Of a DNA stretch of 64,000 nt, positions 1-9,078 are shown in pieces. The notes below the pieces were generated by a model. The model was not told the DNA's origin. It worked only from the letters and a program-made list of their open reading frames with translations, and did no database searches. The translations under genes were made by a program, and so were the position numbers. How positions within the stretch are numbered: the first letter of the stretch is position 1; each line of letters begins with the position of its first letter. The stretch is from positions 124,001 to 188,000 of the IMG/VR virus record IMGVR_UViG_3300043436_004687; one strand, written 5' to 3'.

Positions 1-390
1 AGCTTCTTTATATTTTGGAATATTGGGGTTGCAGTTAATTAATGGAGTATAACCCTCTGGTAAAGAAATTACTTCAGAAATTAGTGGTATATTATCTTCT
101 GTTTTGTAAATTGGGTTTACTAGGGAATAATCTTTTAAGTTTTGTGATGTCCCAAATCTTTTTATTAACTTAGGTAATGAACCACCCATATTATCAGTAT
201 CATAACAAGACCAACATCTAAATTTATTTTTAATGTAATTTACTTCTAAATTATGTTTACCATCACCTTTTGTTAGACCCTTATTAAATGCACATGCTGG
301 GCAATCATATTGCAATTGCCCAGAATCCTCATTATGATAATGAGGTTCACCTAAAAAACTATCTAATATATTTACAATTAAATGTGACAT
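1..390 (-). CDS. DNA primase, N-terminal zinc-binding region (partial, runs off window)
   Basis: Not in ORF track; manual translation from ATG at 390: MSHLIVNILDSFLGEPHYHNEDSGQLQYDCPAC...HNLEVN...FRCWSC, open to base 1. CxxC...CxxC zinc ribbon typical of phage DnaG-type primases. Confidence 0.75.
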   Translation of the reverse strand, partial: MSHLIVNILDSFLGEPHYHNEDSGQLQYDCPACAFNKGLTKGDGKHNLEVNYIKNKFRCWSCYDTDNMGGSLPKLIKRFGTSQNLKDYSLVNPIYKTEDNIPLISEVISLPEGYTPLINCNPNIPKYKEA

Positions 391-489
391 TTTATTATAT
401 TTTATTCGGAATGTATTACGTATATTCCGATCTTAATGGTGTTAAGTGTTTATTTTATTGGTGTTGATGAGTGTGTTTACATATAGGTG

Positions 490-669
490 TTATACGTCAG
501 TTTGCTTAATCAAGCCTTTTGGCATATAACATTTAGTGCAATACAAATCACCGAAGCGTGGATGAACAGCAAACTCGTGGTCGCAAACCGAACGTATAAC
601 ATTGGTTTGTGGCAAGTGCGGTTTCTGAGGTTTAACCAACTTTAGTGCTTCTAATAATCTTCGTATCAT
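490..669 (-). CDS. 59-aa small protein with putative zinc finger, cassette-borne
   Basis: Manual translation: MIRRLLEALKLVKPQKPHLPQTNVIRSVCDHEFAVHPRFGDLYCTKCYMPKGLIKQTDV*; CxH...CxxC motif; A-rich leader. Confidence 0.6.
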   Translation of the reverse strand: MIRRLLEALKLVKPQKPHLPQTNVIRSVCDHEFAVHPRFGDLYCTKCYMPKGLIKQTDV

Positions 670-726
670 AATTTAAGTTTTGTACTTTTAATTCCGCACC
701 TGACCACAAGCCAAGTGCCGTTAGCA
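594..726. mobile_element. attC-like integron cassette recombination site
   Basis: GTATAAC (594-600) ... GTTAGCA (720-726) cores; imperfect inverted arms TTGGTTTGTGGCAAGTGCGG (602-621) / CCGCACCTGACCACAAGCCAA (694-714) with one bulged base; higher GC than surroundings. Confidence 0.7.
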
Positions 727-1041
727 GTCATTGCGCAACAACTTAATGTCTTTAACTAGGTTTACAACTGTTTTCATCCAATCTTCTTTAAGTATTCCTG
801 CATCATATTTTAACACAAATTCTGCATTCTCTATCATGTTATCTAATTCTGCAATATTATAATGCAACGAACTACTAACAGCATTTTCATACAATTTCAA
901 GGCTTGGTAGTTTTTAGCAAACTGAATTACTAAATCAATTGCTTTTGAAAGTTCTTTTGGTTCAGCCATTGTAACTTCTTCTGAACCTTTTCGCCATTTA
1001 TTATGGTTTTTTAAAATTTTTATTGCTTTTTGAATTTTCAT
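721..1041 (-). CDS. hypothetical protein, cassette-like
   Basis: 106-aa ORF (HNKWRKG...PKELSKAID); its TAA stop lies in the attC core. Confidence 0.7.
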   Translation of the reverse strand: MKIQKAIKILKNHNKWRKGSEEVTMAEPKELSKAIDLVIQFAKNYQALKLYENAVSSSLHYNIAELDNMIENAEFVLKYDAGILKEDWMKTVVNLVKDIKLLRNDC

Positions 1042-1087
1042 AATTTTTGTGATTTTTAGTGATTAATATTTGCAACTGTCTATAACC

Positions 1088-1279
1088 TCAATCGTTATCC
1101 CATATATCACCTATACTTTCAAATATCCATCCTAAACAATCCCCAAACCAATCTAATAGCATTAGTTCTATTAGAAAGTTTATAAATCCTGTGTATGGTG
1201 CAAACATCACCCTGATAATTCCGATTAGGATAATTATTCCAAGTATCATTAACCCTATTGTCATTAAAATTTCCATCAC
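1088..1279 (-). CDS. small membrane protein
   Basis: 63-aa ORF, hydrophobic N-terminal helix, acidic tail. Confidence 0.6.
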   Translation of the reverse strand: MMEILMTIGLMILGIIILIGIIRVMFAPYTGFINFLIELMLLDWFGDCLGWIFESIGDIWDND

Positions 1280-1323
1280 TAAAATAAGTTTTTAATTTGG
1301 TTTTACATTAATAAGTTTGGATT

Positions 1324-1482
1324 TTAATTCCCTCTAATTTGCACATCTTTTAAGGAATGTAAACATTGTTCTAACCAATCTTCACCATATTTTTCACCCA
1401 TCGAGATTTCTATCCATTGTTTACCGCAAATCTTTTTATGGTTAAATAAAAAGTTAAATATTGTTTTTAAAGTATTTTTCAT
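1324..1482 (-). CDS. hypothetical protein (52 aa; start revised to ATG 1482)
   Basis: The track start (1539) overlaps a promoter and terminator; MKNTLK ATG lies just downstream of the -7 element. Confidence 0.55.
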   Translation of the reverse strand: MKNTLKTIFNFLFNHKKICGKQWIEISMGEKYGEDWLEQCLHSLKDVQIRGN

Positions 1483-1498
1483 AATTAAATAATTTATG

Positions 1499-1529
1499 CA
1501 AATATATAAAAATAATTCTAATAAACAAA
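1499..1529 (-). promoter_or_regulatory. Bacteroidota primary-sigma type promoter
   Basis: TTTG-N19-TATATTTG, matching the -33/-7 consensus TTTG/TAnnTTTG. Confidence 0.7.
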
Positions 1530-1531
1530 AA

Positions 1532-1560
1532 AAATCCACTAATATTACATTAGTGGATTT
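1532..1560 (-). terminator. intrinsic terminator
   Basis: AAATCCACTAAT-ATTAC-ATTAGTGGATTT hairpin followed by a T-run on the minus strand, downstream of the resolvase. Confidence 0.75.
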
Positions 1561-1585
1561 AAATATAGAGTTAAATTAGATTATA

Positions 1586-2239
1586 TTACTTCCATTTTCC
1601 AATTTTTTTCATTTGACCAAGCACAACACAATAAGCATCTGATTGATCATAATTTTCTTTCTTTAATTTATTATTTTTATCATAAGACCAATTAATTAAA
1701 GGTTCCAAATCAGCAACAAGATTATATACAACTTCTTTTTTATCAACATCCCATTTATATTCACCAAACAAAGTTGGTTTCATTTTACTTCTCTCTTTAT
1801 CAGTATATAATTCATTTTTTTTATTATATTTTCTAATTTGCATAAGTTCTGGAAAGCCAAAAGCCCTAGCATCATATGAGCTAATATATTCTGGAACAAT
1901 ACCTAATAATTTATAAACTGAATTTGATACAAGTGTATTAAACCTAATTAAAATTTCAACAGTATAAACATTATTAGACCTCAATAAAGGTTCTTCTATA
2001 ATCACTTTGGATATTTTACCCTTATAATCAAGAGCTAATTTATTTAGATATTCTTTTTCAAACAATTCAGCCTTTAAAAACAATTCTTCAACCTTATTCT
2101 TAGGTTTAGGTTTAATATTAGGTGAAACGTGTTGTAAATGCATTAATTCACCCTTTTCACCCACATCTTTAAATAAAGAGATACCAATTGTCTTACTTGA
2201 GACATCCAAACCTAATATTAACATATTTTCTTCTACCAT
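1586..2239 (-). CDS. RuvC-like Holliday junction resolvase
   Basis: ILGLDVSSKTIG, IIEEPL and DQSDAY acidic catalytic motifs. Confidence 0.75.
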   Translation of the reverse strand: MVEENMLILGLDVSSKTIGISLFKDVGEKGELMHLQHVSPNIKPKPKNKVEELFLKAELFEKEYLNKLALDYKGKISKVIIEEPLLRSNNVYTVEILIRFNTLVSNSVYKLLGIVPEYISSYDARAFGFPELMQIRKYNKKNELYTDKERSKMKPTLFGEYKWDVDKKEVVYNLVADLEPLINWSYDKNNKLKKENYDQSDAYCVVLGQMKKIGKWK

Positions 2240-2278
2240 AAATTTAATATAGTTTATTTAATTTAAATATAAATATTT

Positions 2279-3439
2279 TTAAATTATAATATTAATTGAT
2301 AACACCATAAATTGATTAGAATTTAATAAAACGTGTTTATTAGTTTTACCGAAAGCAATTAAATTATCATTATCATCATATAAACCAATTTCACTAAATC
2401 TTAAAACATCATTACTATTATATGTTGGATTTGTTGATGAATTAAACTCACCTCTTTCTATCACACAATTAATATTTTTAGAAACTTCATTAATTATAGA
2501 ATCGAAAGTAATCTTTATTAAACCATTAGTATAACCACTTACAATTTCTTGATTTGTGATAACAAACATACCTTTGTCTAAATAAGCAACACCCACACAC
2601 TCATCAACATCACCCCTAGAATTAACAGTGAAATTAAATTGTTCTTTTTTATTAACAGAGAATGGTTTAACTGTGTTAAATCCAGTTGACCAACTCAAGT
2701 CAATATCATCATTTGGGGGTTTTATTTGATCGGAAAATAAAAAAGCTATTTTATCACCTAAAAATAAATATTTAGAATTTAATTCTGAAGTTTTAACATC
2801 TTGGTACTCTAATGGGTTTAAATTTTTTTGATAAGTTGAAAAAATATCATAAGTTGACCCAGTTGTTGTTATTTCCAATTTTAAAACTCTACCATCAATC
2901 ATTTCACCATAATCCCCCCTATCTAATGAAATAACTAAAACATTATCTTGATTTATATTTTTAATTGCTGTATCCGAAAAACCACCATTACTATTAATTG
3001 AAACATCAAACATATATTTTTGAGAATCTGTAATAGGTAAACCAAAACTTGAGAATAAATTAACTAACTCATCTACTTGAGTATCTAACCTATTAATTTT
3101 AAATACTCTAGTATTGGCTGAAATTTCTAAAACACCAAGATTTATTTCATTTTGACTTATAAAATTATTCGAACTTAAATTTTTAAATAAATCACCATTA
3201 TTATTAACAATTAATTTACTTCTAATTGAAACATTAGAAGGTATGTCAGTCGATAACCCACCAGATATTTCTGGAACGTTACCAGAACTCAATTCATTTA
3301 AAACTCTATAATTAGCATCAGAATCACCTAAACTAAATTTAGTAATTAAATTTAAATTATTATTTAGTAATTGTGTTCTACCAAACGTTGTAAATTTAGT
3401 TGTTAGGGTTATTGTTGAAGCACTTGGTATAAAACTCAT
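2279..3439 (-). CDS. virion structural protein (baseplate/tail-collar-like)
   Basis: N-term TTFGRTQL..FSLGDSDANY and C-term SEIGLYDDNDNLIAFGK; paralogue of the adjacent gene. Confidence 0.55.
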   Translation of the reverse strand: MSFIPSASTITLTTKFTTFGRTQLLNNNLNLITKFSLGDSDANYRVLNELSSGNVPEISGGLSTDIPSNVSIRSKLIVNNNGDLFKNLSSNNFISQNEINLGVLEISANTRVFKINRLDTQVDELVNLFSSFGLPITDSQKYMFDVSINSNGGFSDTAIKNINQDNVLVISLDRGDYGEMIDGRVLKLEITTTGSTYDIFSTYQKNLNPLEYQDVKTSELNSKYLFLGDKIAFLFSDQIKPPNDDIDLSWSTGFNTVKPFSVNKKEQFNFTVNSRGDVDECVGVAYLDKGMFVITNQEIVSGYTNGLIKITFDSIINEVSKNINCVIERGEFNSSTNPTYNSNDVLRFSEIGLYDDNDNLIAFGKTNKHVLLNSNQFMVLSINIII

Positions 3440-3451
3440 ATTTTCTATGTA

Positions 3452-5554
3452 TTAAAAATCAATCGACATCTCGATCATTATTGTTTGACCTGGAACTAAT
3501 TTTATTGGTTTACTTATTTTACCAATAATCACCAGGTTATTAGAGTTATCATAAACTCCAACCTCACTAACCTTTATCAAAGGTGGGTTTGTAATTGAAT
3601 CACTATTTCTAGTTGGGTTAGTAGTATTATTGAATAAACCAGAATCAATTCTAATATCAAATAAAGTTTTGAATATTTTAGCACCAATAAATGCCTCAAC
3701 ATTACCATAAAAAAATCTTTCATCACCAAATTGTAAGATATTAGTATTTACCTCTGGTGTCATAGATAAGAAAGTTGTAATGTCGTATTGTGTTGCTGCT
3801 GAATTAACTACATTATTAATAACTTGATTATTAAAATATGAGTTTTGATTTTCCAATAAATTAGGATCAATTGATTGACCAGTGATATTAGTTATATTTG
3901 AACTAGTATAATCAGCTACCTTCCAATTATTTGGGTTAGGTCTATCATTATTAGTTACAATTTGATAAATTATTTTAAATTTATATGCATTAAAACCAGA
4001 ATTACCTTGTGTTTCCATTTTTCGCATATAAGGTAATAAATCGGTATCACTAATTCTAAACTCAATATCTTTAGGATTTGAATTATTATTAGTAACCTTA
4101 ACATAACTTTGACAATGTAAGCTAGAATTTAAACCACTTAAACCACCACCTAAAAGATAAGTAACGTAAATTGTTTCGTCTTTATTTAATAAACCATTTG
4201 AAGTACCACCAGTTGGATTTGCTAAATTAATTGATAATTCGGGTAGCGTCCAATTACGATTAGATTTATATGATGTGGCAGCAACTATTTCAGAATCATC
4301 AAAAACAACCATTTTTAATTGTGGGAATACCTTTCCAACTACTTTAGGTTCTCTAGTAATTAATAAATTAGGGTCTTCAATTAAATCAACGAATTCAATT
4401 TCACTATTACCTACTAATTGAGTTTCACCACTAGCGATAAAACTCATACCCATAATATTACCAGTACCAGTACCACCACTAAACTCTCTTCTATGGTACA
4501 TTAAATTAGGTAAATGAACTTTAACAGTTTTATTTTGAGAATTATCTATATGGAAAAATTCGCCATATAAATTAGAAATTGTGTTATTGGTATAATGTAA
4601 TAATGAGATTGATTTTTTAAAAGGGTCTAAAATACCAAAATTTACATTAGAATCACAATTACTAACAAAACTACTACCACTTAAACTTAAATTGTTATTA
4701 TATTCCAAATAATAATCCACCTCACCTAAATAATCTTGTGAACCAAATTTACTATAGTTTTGATATGTACTACCAGTCATACCTGCAATACCTTCCATAA
4801 AAATTGAATTCATGTTCCAAACGGGGACATCTTCCCTAGTGATATCGCAACTAGAATCAAACGATAATGTACCAGTATCCCAATATGCTGTAGTTGTACC
4901 ACTACCAAAACCATTATATACCTCACCGCCAGAATATATCATCACTAAGGTTTCAACTGAGAATGTGAAATTAGGTAAATTCCTATCTAATGTTAAATTA
5001 TAACCATTAATAGATTGAATTTTAAACCATAAAATTGGATTAGGTTCATTGTTTAAATATGTATCAACACCTACTTTTATTAAGACCAAATCCCCCACAG
5101 TAAAACCAGAATTCAAAACATTTAAAATTTTAGAACCATCTAAATCATCTGACTGAATTGTAGTGCTAAATTTAATATAATTATTTGAAATATTGGTGGT
5201 AAAACCAGAACCCGTATTAGTAAAAAATCCCCTTTCAGTTGCTTCATTATTAACAGTTAATTCAATAGTTTTTAAATTTGAATTATTTATTGGTTGTAAA
5301 TAAGTAGAATTTGAACCACCAATAAAGTATTTTAGATTTGGTTGGGAATCTTTAGGTCTTAAAATTTTAGCATCCTTAGATAAATCAACATCGTTTGGGA
5401 AAGAATCTTTTAAGAATTCTCTAGAATAATTAATTTCAGAATCACCAATAGCCCAATTAGAAAAAGTTAATTGACCCTTACTAAGCAATTCTCGACCTTT
5501 TTGAGTCAATTTAGCACTTATAAATGGATTTGTTTTACTTATTATGAAACTCAT
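3452..5554 (-). CDS. virion structural protein (baseplate/tail-collar-like)
   Basis: N-term LTQKGRELL..WAIGDSEINY and C-term SEVGVYDNSNNLVIIGKISKP. Confidence 0.55.
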   Translation of the reverse strand: MSFIISKTNPFISAKLTQKGRELLSKGQLTFSNWAIGDSEINYSREFLKDSFPNDVDLSKDAKILRPKDSQPNLKYFIGGSNSTYLQPINNSNLKTIELTVNNEATERGFFTNTGSGFTTNISNNYIKFSTTIQSDDLDGSKILNVLNSGFTVGDLVLIKVGVDTYLNNEPNPILWFKIQSINGYNLTLDRNLPNFTFSVETLVMIYSGGEVYNGFGSGTTTAYWDTGTLSFDSSCDITREDVPVWNMNSIFMEGIAGMTGSTYQNYSKFGSQDYLGEVDYYLEYNNNLSLSGSSFVSNCDSNVNFGILDPFKKSISLLHYTNNTISNLYGEFFHIDNSQNKTVKVHLPNLMYHRREFSGGTGTGNIMGMSFIASGETQLVGNSEIEFVDLIEDPNLLITREPKVVGKVFPQLKMVVFDDSEIVAATSYKSNRNWTLPELSINLANPTGGTSNGLLNKDETIYVTYLLGGGLSGLNSSLHCQSYVKVTNNNSNPKDIEFRISDTDLLPYMRKMETQGNSGFNAYKFKIIYQIVTNNDRPNPNNWKVADYTSSNITNITGQSIDPNLLENQNSYFNNQVINNVVNSAATQYDITTFLSMTPEVNTNILQFGDERFFYGNVEAFIGAKIFKTLFDIRIDSGLFNNTTNPTRNSDSITNPPLIKVSEVGVYDNSNNLVIIGKISKPIKLVPGQTIMIEMSIDF

Positions 5555-5601
5555 AGTTATTTATTTGTATTTTAATTATAAATAGATAATAATAAAGATT
5601 A

Positions 5602-7008
5602 TTAATAATTATTATCTATATTTGAGGTTATTATGATTGGAATTATTTCACTTATTGCGGTTGAATTAAATTCATCACCTAAAATATTCTTATAAACTTT
5701 ATTATTTACTACCCTATAATAAAGTTTGTCGCCCAACCCACCACTAAGAGTTAATTTACCATTATAAACTTTATTAGCGATTTCATAATTAACGATAACT
5801 TCATCAATTATATTCGAAAAAGTTTTTGTGTTTGATAATTGTAAATTAAAATAACCATTATTTTTATTAGGATGTTTTTCAATGGTCCAATAGATTTCTA
5901 ATTCTTTTTTGTTAACATTACCAACAAAAGTTGGATTTCCATTATAAACTATATTTACAACATCACCGAATTCTAAATTAACCTCTAATATAATTCGTTT
6001 ATTGTTAGAAGTTGATAAATGATAATCTAACCCATTAGCCAAAACATTACCATTTAAAGACAATAAAAAATCATTACCCTTATTAGGTGTAACATCTAAA
6101 TATATTTCATGTTTAGATGTTGTGGTGTTATAATAAAATTTATTCACACCCTGGTTATTAATTGAACCACTTAAAATTGATTTATTAATGGAAAACGAAT
6201 CTATTACTAAACCATTTTTACCACCCTTACCCACATAAAATAAAGTTACCACATCATTTTCTTGAGCTTGATTGAATAAATTAATTTGGTTATTATTAAC
6301 TATAGAAAAATCTAAATCTTGTGCTAAAACATTACCATTCAAGGTAACAATTGGGTTACCTATTAGACCGTTATCTAAAAAAAATGTTGTTTCACCAGAA
6401 GAAATAAAAGAAATTGAATTTAAAGAACCTATAGATTTTTGAGAATTAGGTGTTAAACTAAAATTAGGTGTGCTTGCCGAATAAATAACAGCAAAATAAT
6501 TATCAAATACATTATTATATAAATAAAATTCAGAGTCATTAGAAAATGATGAGGATTTATTAATATAACCCAATCTATTTAATATGTTAGTACAATTAGG
6601 GGTTAACCAATTAGGTTTAATTATAAATTCAGAATCTTCAATTATGTTTAAAGATGTAAACCCACTTAAAATATTAGTTGATTTAAATTCACTATACTGA
6701 TAATCCTCAGATATAAAAAAATTAGGGTGATTAAAACTCAAATTATTATAATCAAATTTAAAAATACTATAATTAAAAATAGATTCATCTCTTAAATCAC
6801 TTAAATTTTGATTAAAATTAAAAATTAATGATAAATCAAAATTTGGTGAGTTTATAAAATAAACTGATTCATCACTTTCTGTCATCCCACTAATTAATTT
6901 AGTTGCCCCACTAATTTCAAAATTAGGAATTTGGAAGGTGCAGATATCTGAGCTAATATTGTAATTAACATTTTCAATTTGATCATATATTATAGCTTGA
7001 TTTCTCAT
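5602..7008 (-). CDS. putative structural protein
   Basis: 468 aa; repeated LNGNVLAxxLD(F/Y) beta modules; within structural operon. Confidence 0.5.
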   Translation of the reverse strand: MRNQAIIYDQIENVNYNISSDICTFQIPNFEISGATKLISGMTESDESVYFINSPNFDLSLIFNFNQNLSDLRDESIFNYSIFKFDYNNLSFNHPNFFISEDYQYSEFKSTNILSGFTSLNIIEDSEFIIKPNWLTPNCTNILNRLGYINKSSSFSNDSEFYLYNNVFDNYFAVIYSASTPNFSLTPNSQKSIGSLNSISFISSGETTFFLDNGLIGNPIVTLNGNVLAQDLDFSIVNNNQINLFNQAQENDVVTLFYVGKGGKNGLVIDSFSINKSILSGSINNQGVNKFYYNTTTSKHEIYLDVTPNKGNDFLLSLNGNVLANGLDYHLSTSNNKRIILEVNLEFGDVVNIVYNGNPTFVGNVNKKELEIYWTIEKHPNKNNGYFNLQLSNTKTFSNIIDEVIVNYEIANKVYNGKLTLSGGLGDKLYYRVVNNKVYKNILGDEFNSTAISEIIPIIITSNIDNNY

Positions 7009-7226
7009 TAAAAACTTATATTTAATTTTATGATATTATTACTCAATGATTTCAAGCCAATAGGGTAAATAGTTTGATTTAAAATAATTGATCCAACCCC
7101 AATTTTTTTATTTTCTAAATGTATAAAAAAATTAGACGAATCTATTTTTGAATCAAGACCAAAAAAATGAATATCACTATTTAATGGTTTTTCTATTTTA
7201 CTATTAACTTCTTTTAATAACCTCAT
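7008..7226 (-). CDS. hypothetical protein
   Basis: 72-aa ORF tightly packed between neighbours; stop overlaps the next start. Confidence 0.5.
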   Translation of the reverse strand: MRLLKEVNSKIEKPLNSDIHFFGLDSKIDSSNFFIHLENKKIGVGSIILNQTIYPIGLKSLSNNIIKLNISF

Positions 7227-7228
7227 TA

Positions 7229-9073
7229 TTAAATATTATTTAAAATTATTTCATCATTAACAAAATTAGGGTCACCTAAAATCGTAATTTTACCTAAAAA
7301 TTCAGACCCATCATCTATTTGATAGATATAAACCGAATTACATTTTTCAGTACTATTATCTATTTTTTTAGTTATTTCTATATTTTCATAACCTATTATA
7401 GGATAACTAATTATTCGTTCACAACTAAATAAACTATATTTTTTATAAACGAATTTATTATTATCGAAAATTGTATTACCAAATTTATATGTTGAACCCC
7501 ATAAAGTGGTTGATGGGATTAATTGTTCAACTAAATCAACCCAATTGTAATTAGTGTTAATTATATAATCAAATATTAAATCATAATTATAACCATTACT
7601 TTGAATATTACAGTTATTTAAACTAGCTACATAACCATCAAACAATTTTCTTAATACTGGATAAACACTTATAGTTTTTCTTGATTTAACATCAATAAAA
7701 TTAGAATTAATTATTTTATTGAAGTTTTCAACATTAATAAAATCTTTATAACCTAAGATGAAATCATCAAGTAAATGACGAGTACAAGAATTAGTATCAA
7801 TATAATTCATTACATCAAATTCTATGGCTCTAGCCATATTTAAATTTAAGTTTATTTCTTTTGAATTTAAGGCTAATTTACTATTATTAATTTCATAATT
7901 CGTTTCACTGTTTACTAAATCAAAAATTCTATTTTCATAAACTTCATTTACAACCCAACTTTTCTTATTATCAATAACCTTTTCTAATTTAAAATTAGGG
8001 CAATTATTTATTTCTAATGAATTAATTTCAACATAATTACATAATTTATCTATCTTTACATTATCTATTAACATAGATATTTCAATACCTATGTTGTCTA
8101 AATTAAACCCTATTTTTATTTCCTCATTTTTAATTAAATTAATTAAAGCTGGGTCAGTTATAGTTAAATTAAAATTATACCAATTTGAATTTAATGAATC
8201 GGGATTTAAAACTAAATTATAAACATTTAACAATTGATTAGTTAAATTATTGATTAAGGAATTACAGTCACCAATAATTTTAATACCACTATTAGGTAAC
8301 TGCAACTTATCTAATAAATTTAAACCATTAAATAGAGTATTTGTATAAACAACATCCATTTTTTTTGGTGATTCGAAAATATAACCCAATGTAGTTTCAC
8401 TAAGTTCTCTATTTACCAATCTTTCTAAACTCATTGTTATTGAAATACCACTCAATGAATTAATTACATTATTAACACCATTTTGACTTATCAATTGATT
8501 ACAATTAACCTCAATTAGATAATCAAAATTAATATTTAATGTACATTCTTCCGAATTATTAACATCAAAAATACTACCCTCAGAACCATTTGTGTTTAAA
8601 TACAATTTTGAGTTTAAATCAGAACAATCATCAACCCAAAAACACTTATTTAAATTTGGATTAAATCTAAACCCTAAATTGGAACAGCAAACACTACTCA
8701 AAGAAATATTAGTTGATCCATTATAAATAACACCATCATCTTTAAATACATAACTATCCATTAAATCACCATTCGTATCATTACAGACTGGTAAATCATT
8801 AACTGAAAAATCAAAAATAAAAGAATAAATACCAGTATCATTTAATATTAATTGTATAGACAATTCTTTACTATTAATCAAAGTATATTGGTGATTATTT
8901 AAATTTAAAATGTCAAAATTACTTTCGAAGATTAATTCATTACCCAATAATTTAAAACCAAAATCATATATTTTAGCATTATTCGTAAAATCCCAGGCAT
9001 TGAACCAAGACCCATTTATTAATTTATATAAATTAGTGTTTGAATCGAAAATAATATGTGAAGAAAAATTCAT
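7229..9073 (-). CDS. putative structural protein with Cys-rich motif
   Basis: 614 aa; CCSNLGF...CFW motif; WVDLVEQLIPSTTLW segment; operon context. Confidence 0.55.
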   Translation of the reverse strand: MNFSSHIIFDSNTNLYKLINGSWFNAWDFTNNAKIYDFGFKLLGNELIFESNFDILNLNNHQYTLINSKELSIQLILNDTGIYSFIFDFSVNDLPVCNDTNGDLMDSYVFKDDGVIYNGSTNISLSSVCCSNLGFRFNPNLNKCFWVDDCSDLNSKLYLNTNGSEGSIFDVNNSEECTLNINFDYLIEVNCNQLISQNGVNNVINSLSGISITMSLERLVNRELSETTLGYIFESPKKMDVVYTNTLFNGLNLLDKLQLPNSGIKIIGDCNSLINNLTNQLLNVYNLVLNPDSLNSNWYNFNLTITDPALINLIKNEEIKIGFNLDNIGIEISMLIDNVKIDKLCNYVEINSLEINNCPNFKLEKVIDNKKSWVVNEVYENRIFDLVNSETNYEINNSKLALNSKEINLNLNMARAIEFDVMNYIDTNSCTRHLLDDFILGYKDFINVENFNKIINSNFIDVKSRKTISVYPVLRKLFDGYVASLNNCNIQSNGYNYDLIFDYIINTNYNWVDLVEQLIPSTTLWGSTYKFGNTIFDNNKFVYKKYSLFSCERIISYPIIGYENIEITKKIDNSTEKCNSVYIYQIDDGSEFLGKITILGDPNFVNDEIILNNI

Positions 9074-9078
9074 AAGTT

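Noticed and set aside
480-730. tRNA or structured ncRNA in the GC-richer patch
   Set aside because: No cloverleaf or T-loop motif; the structure is better explained as an attC-like site.
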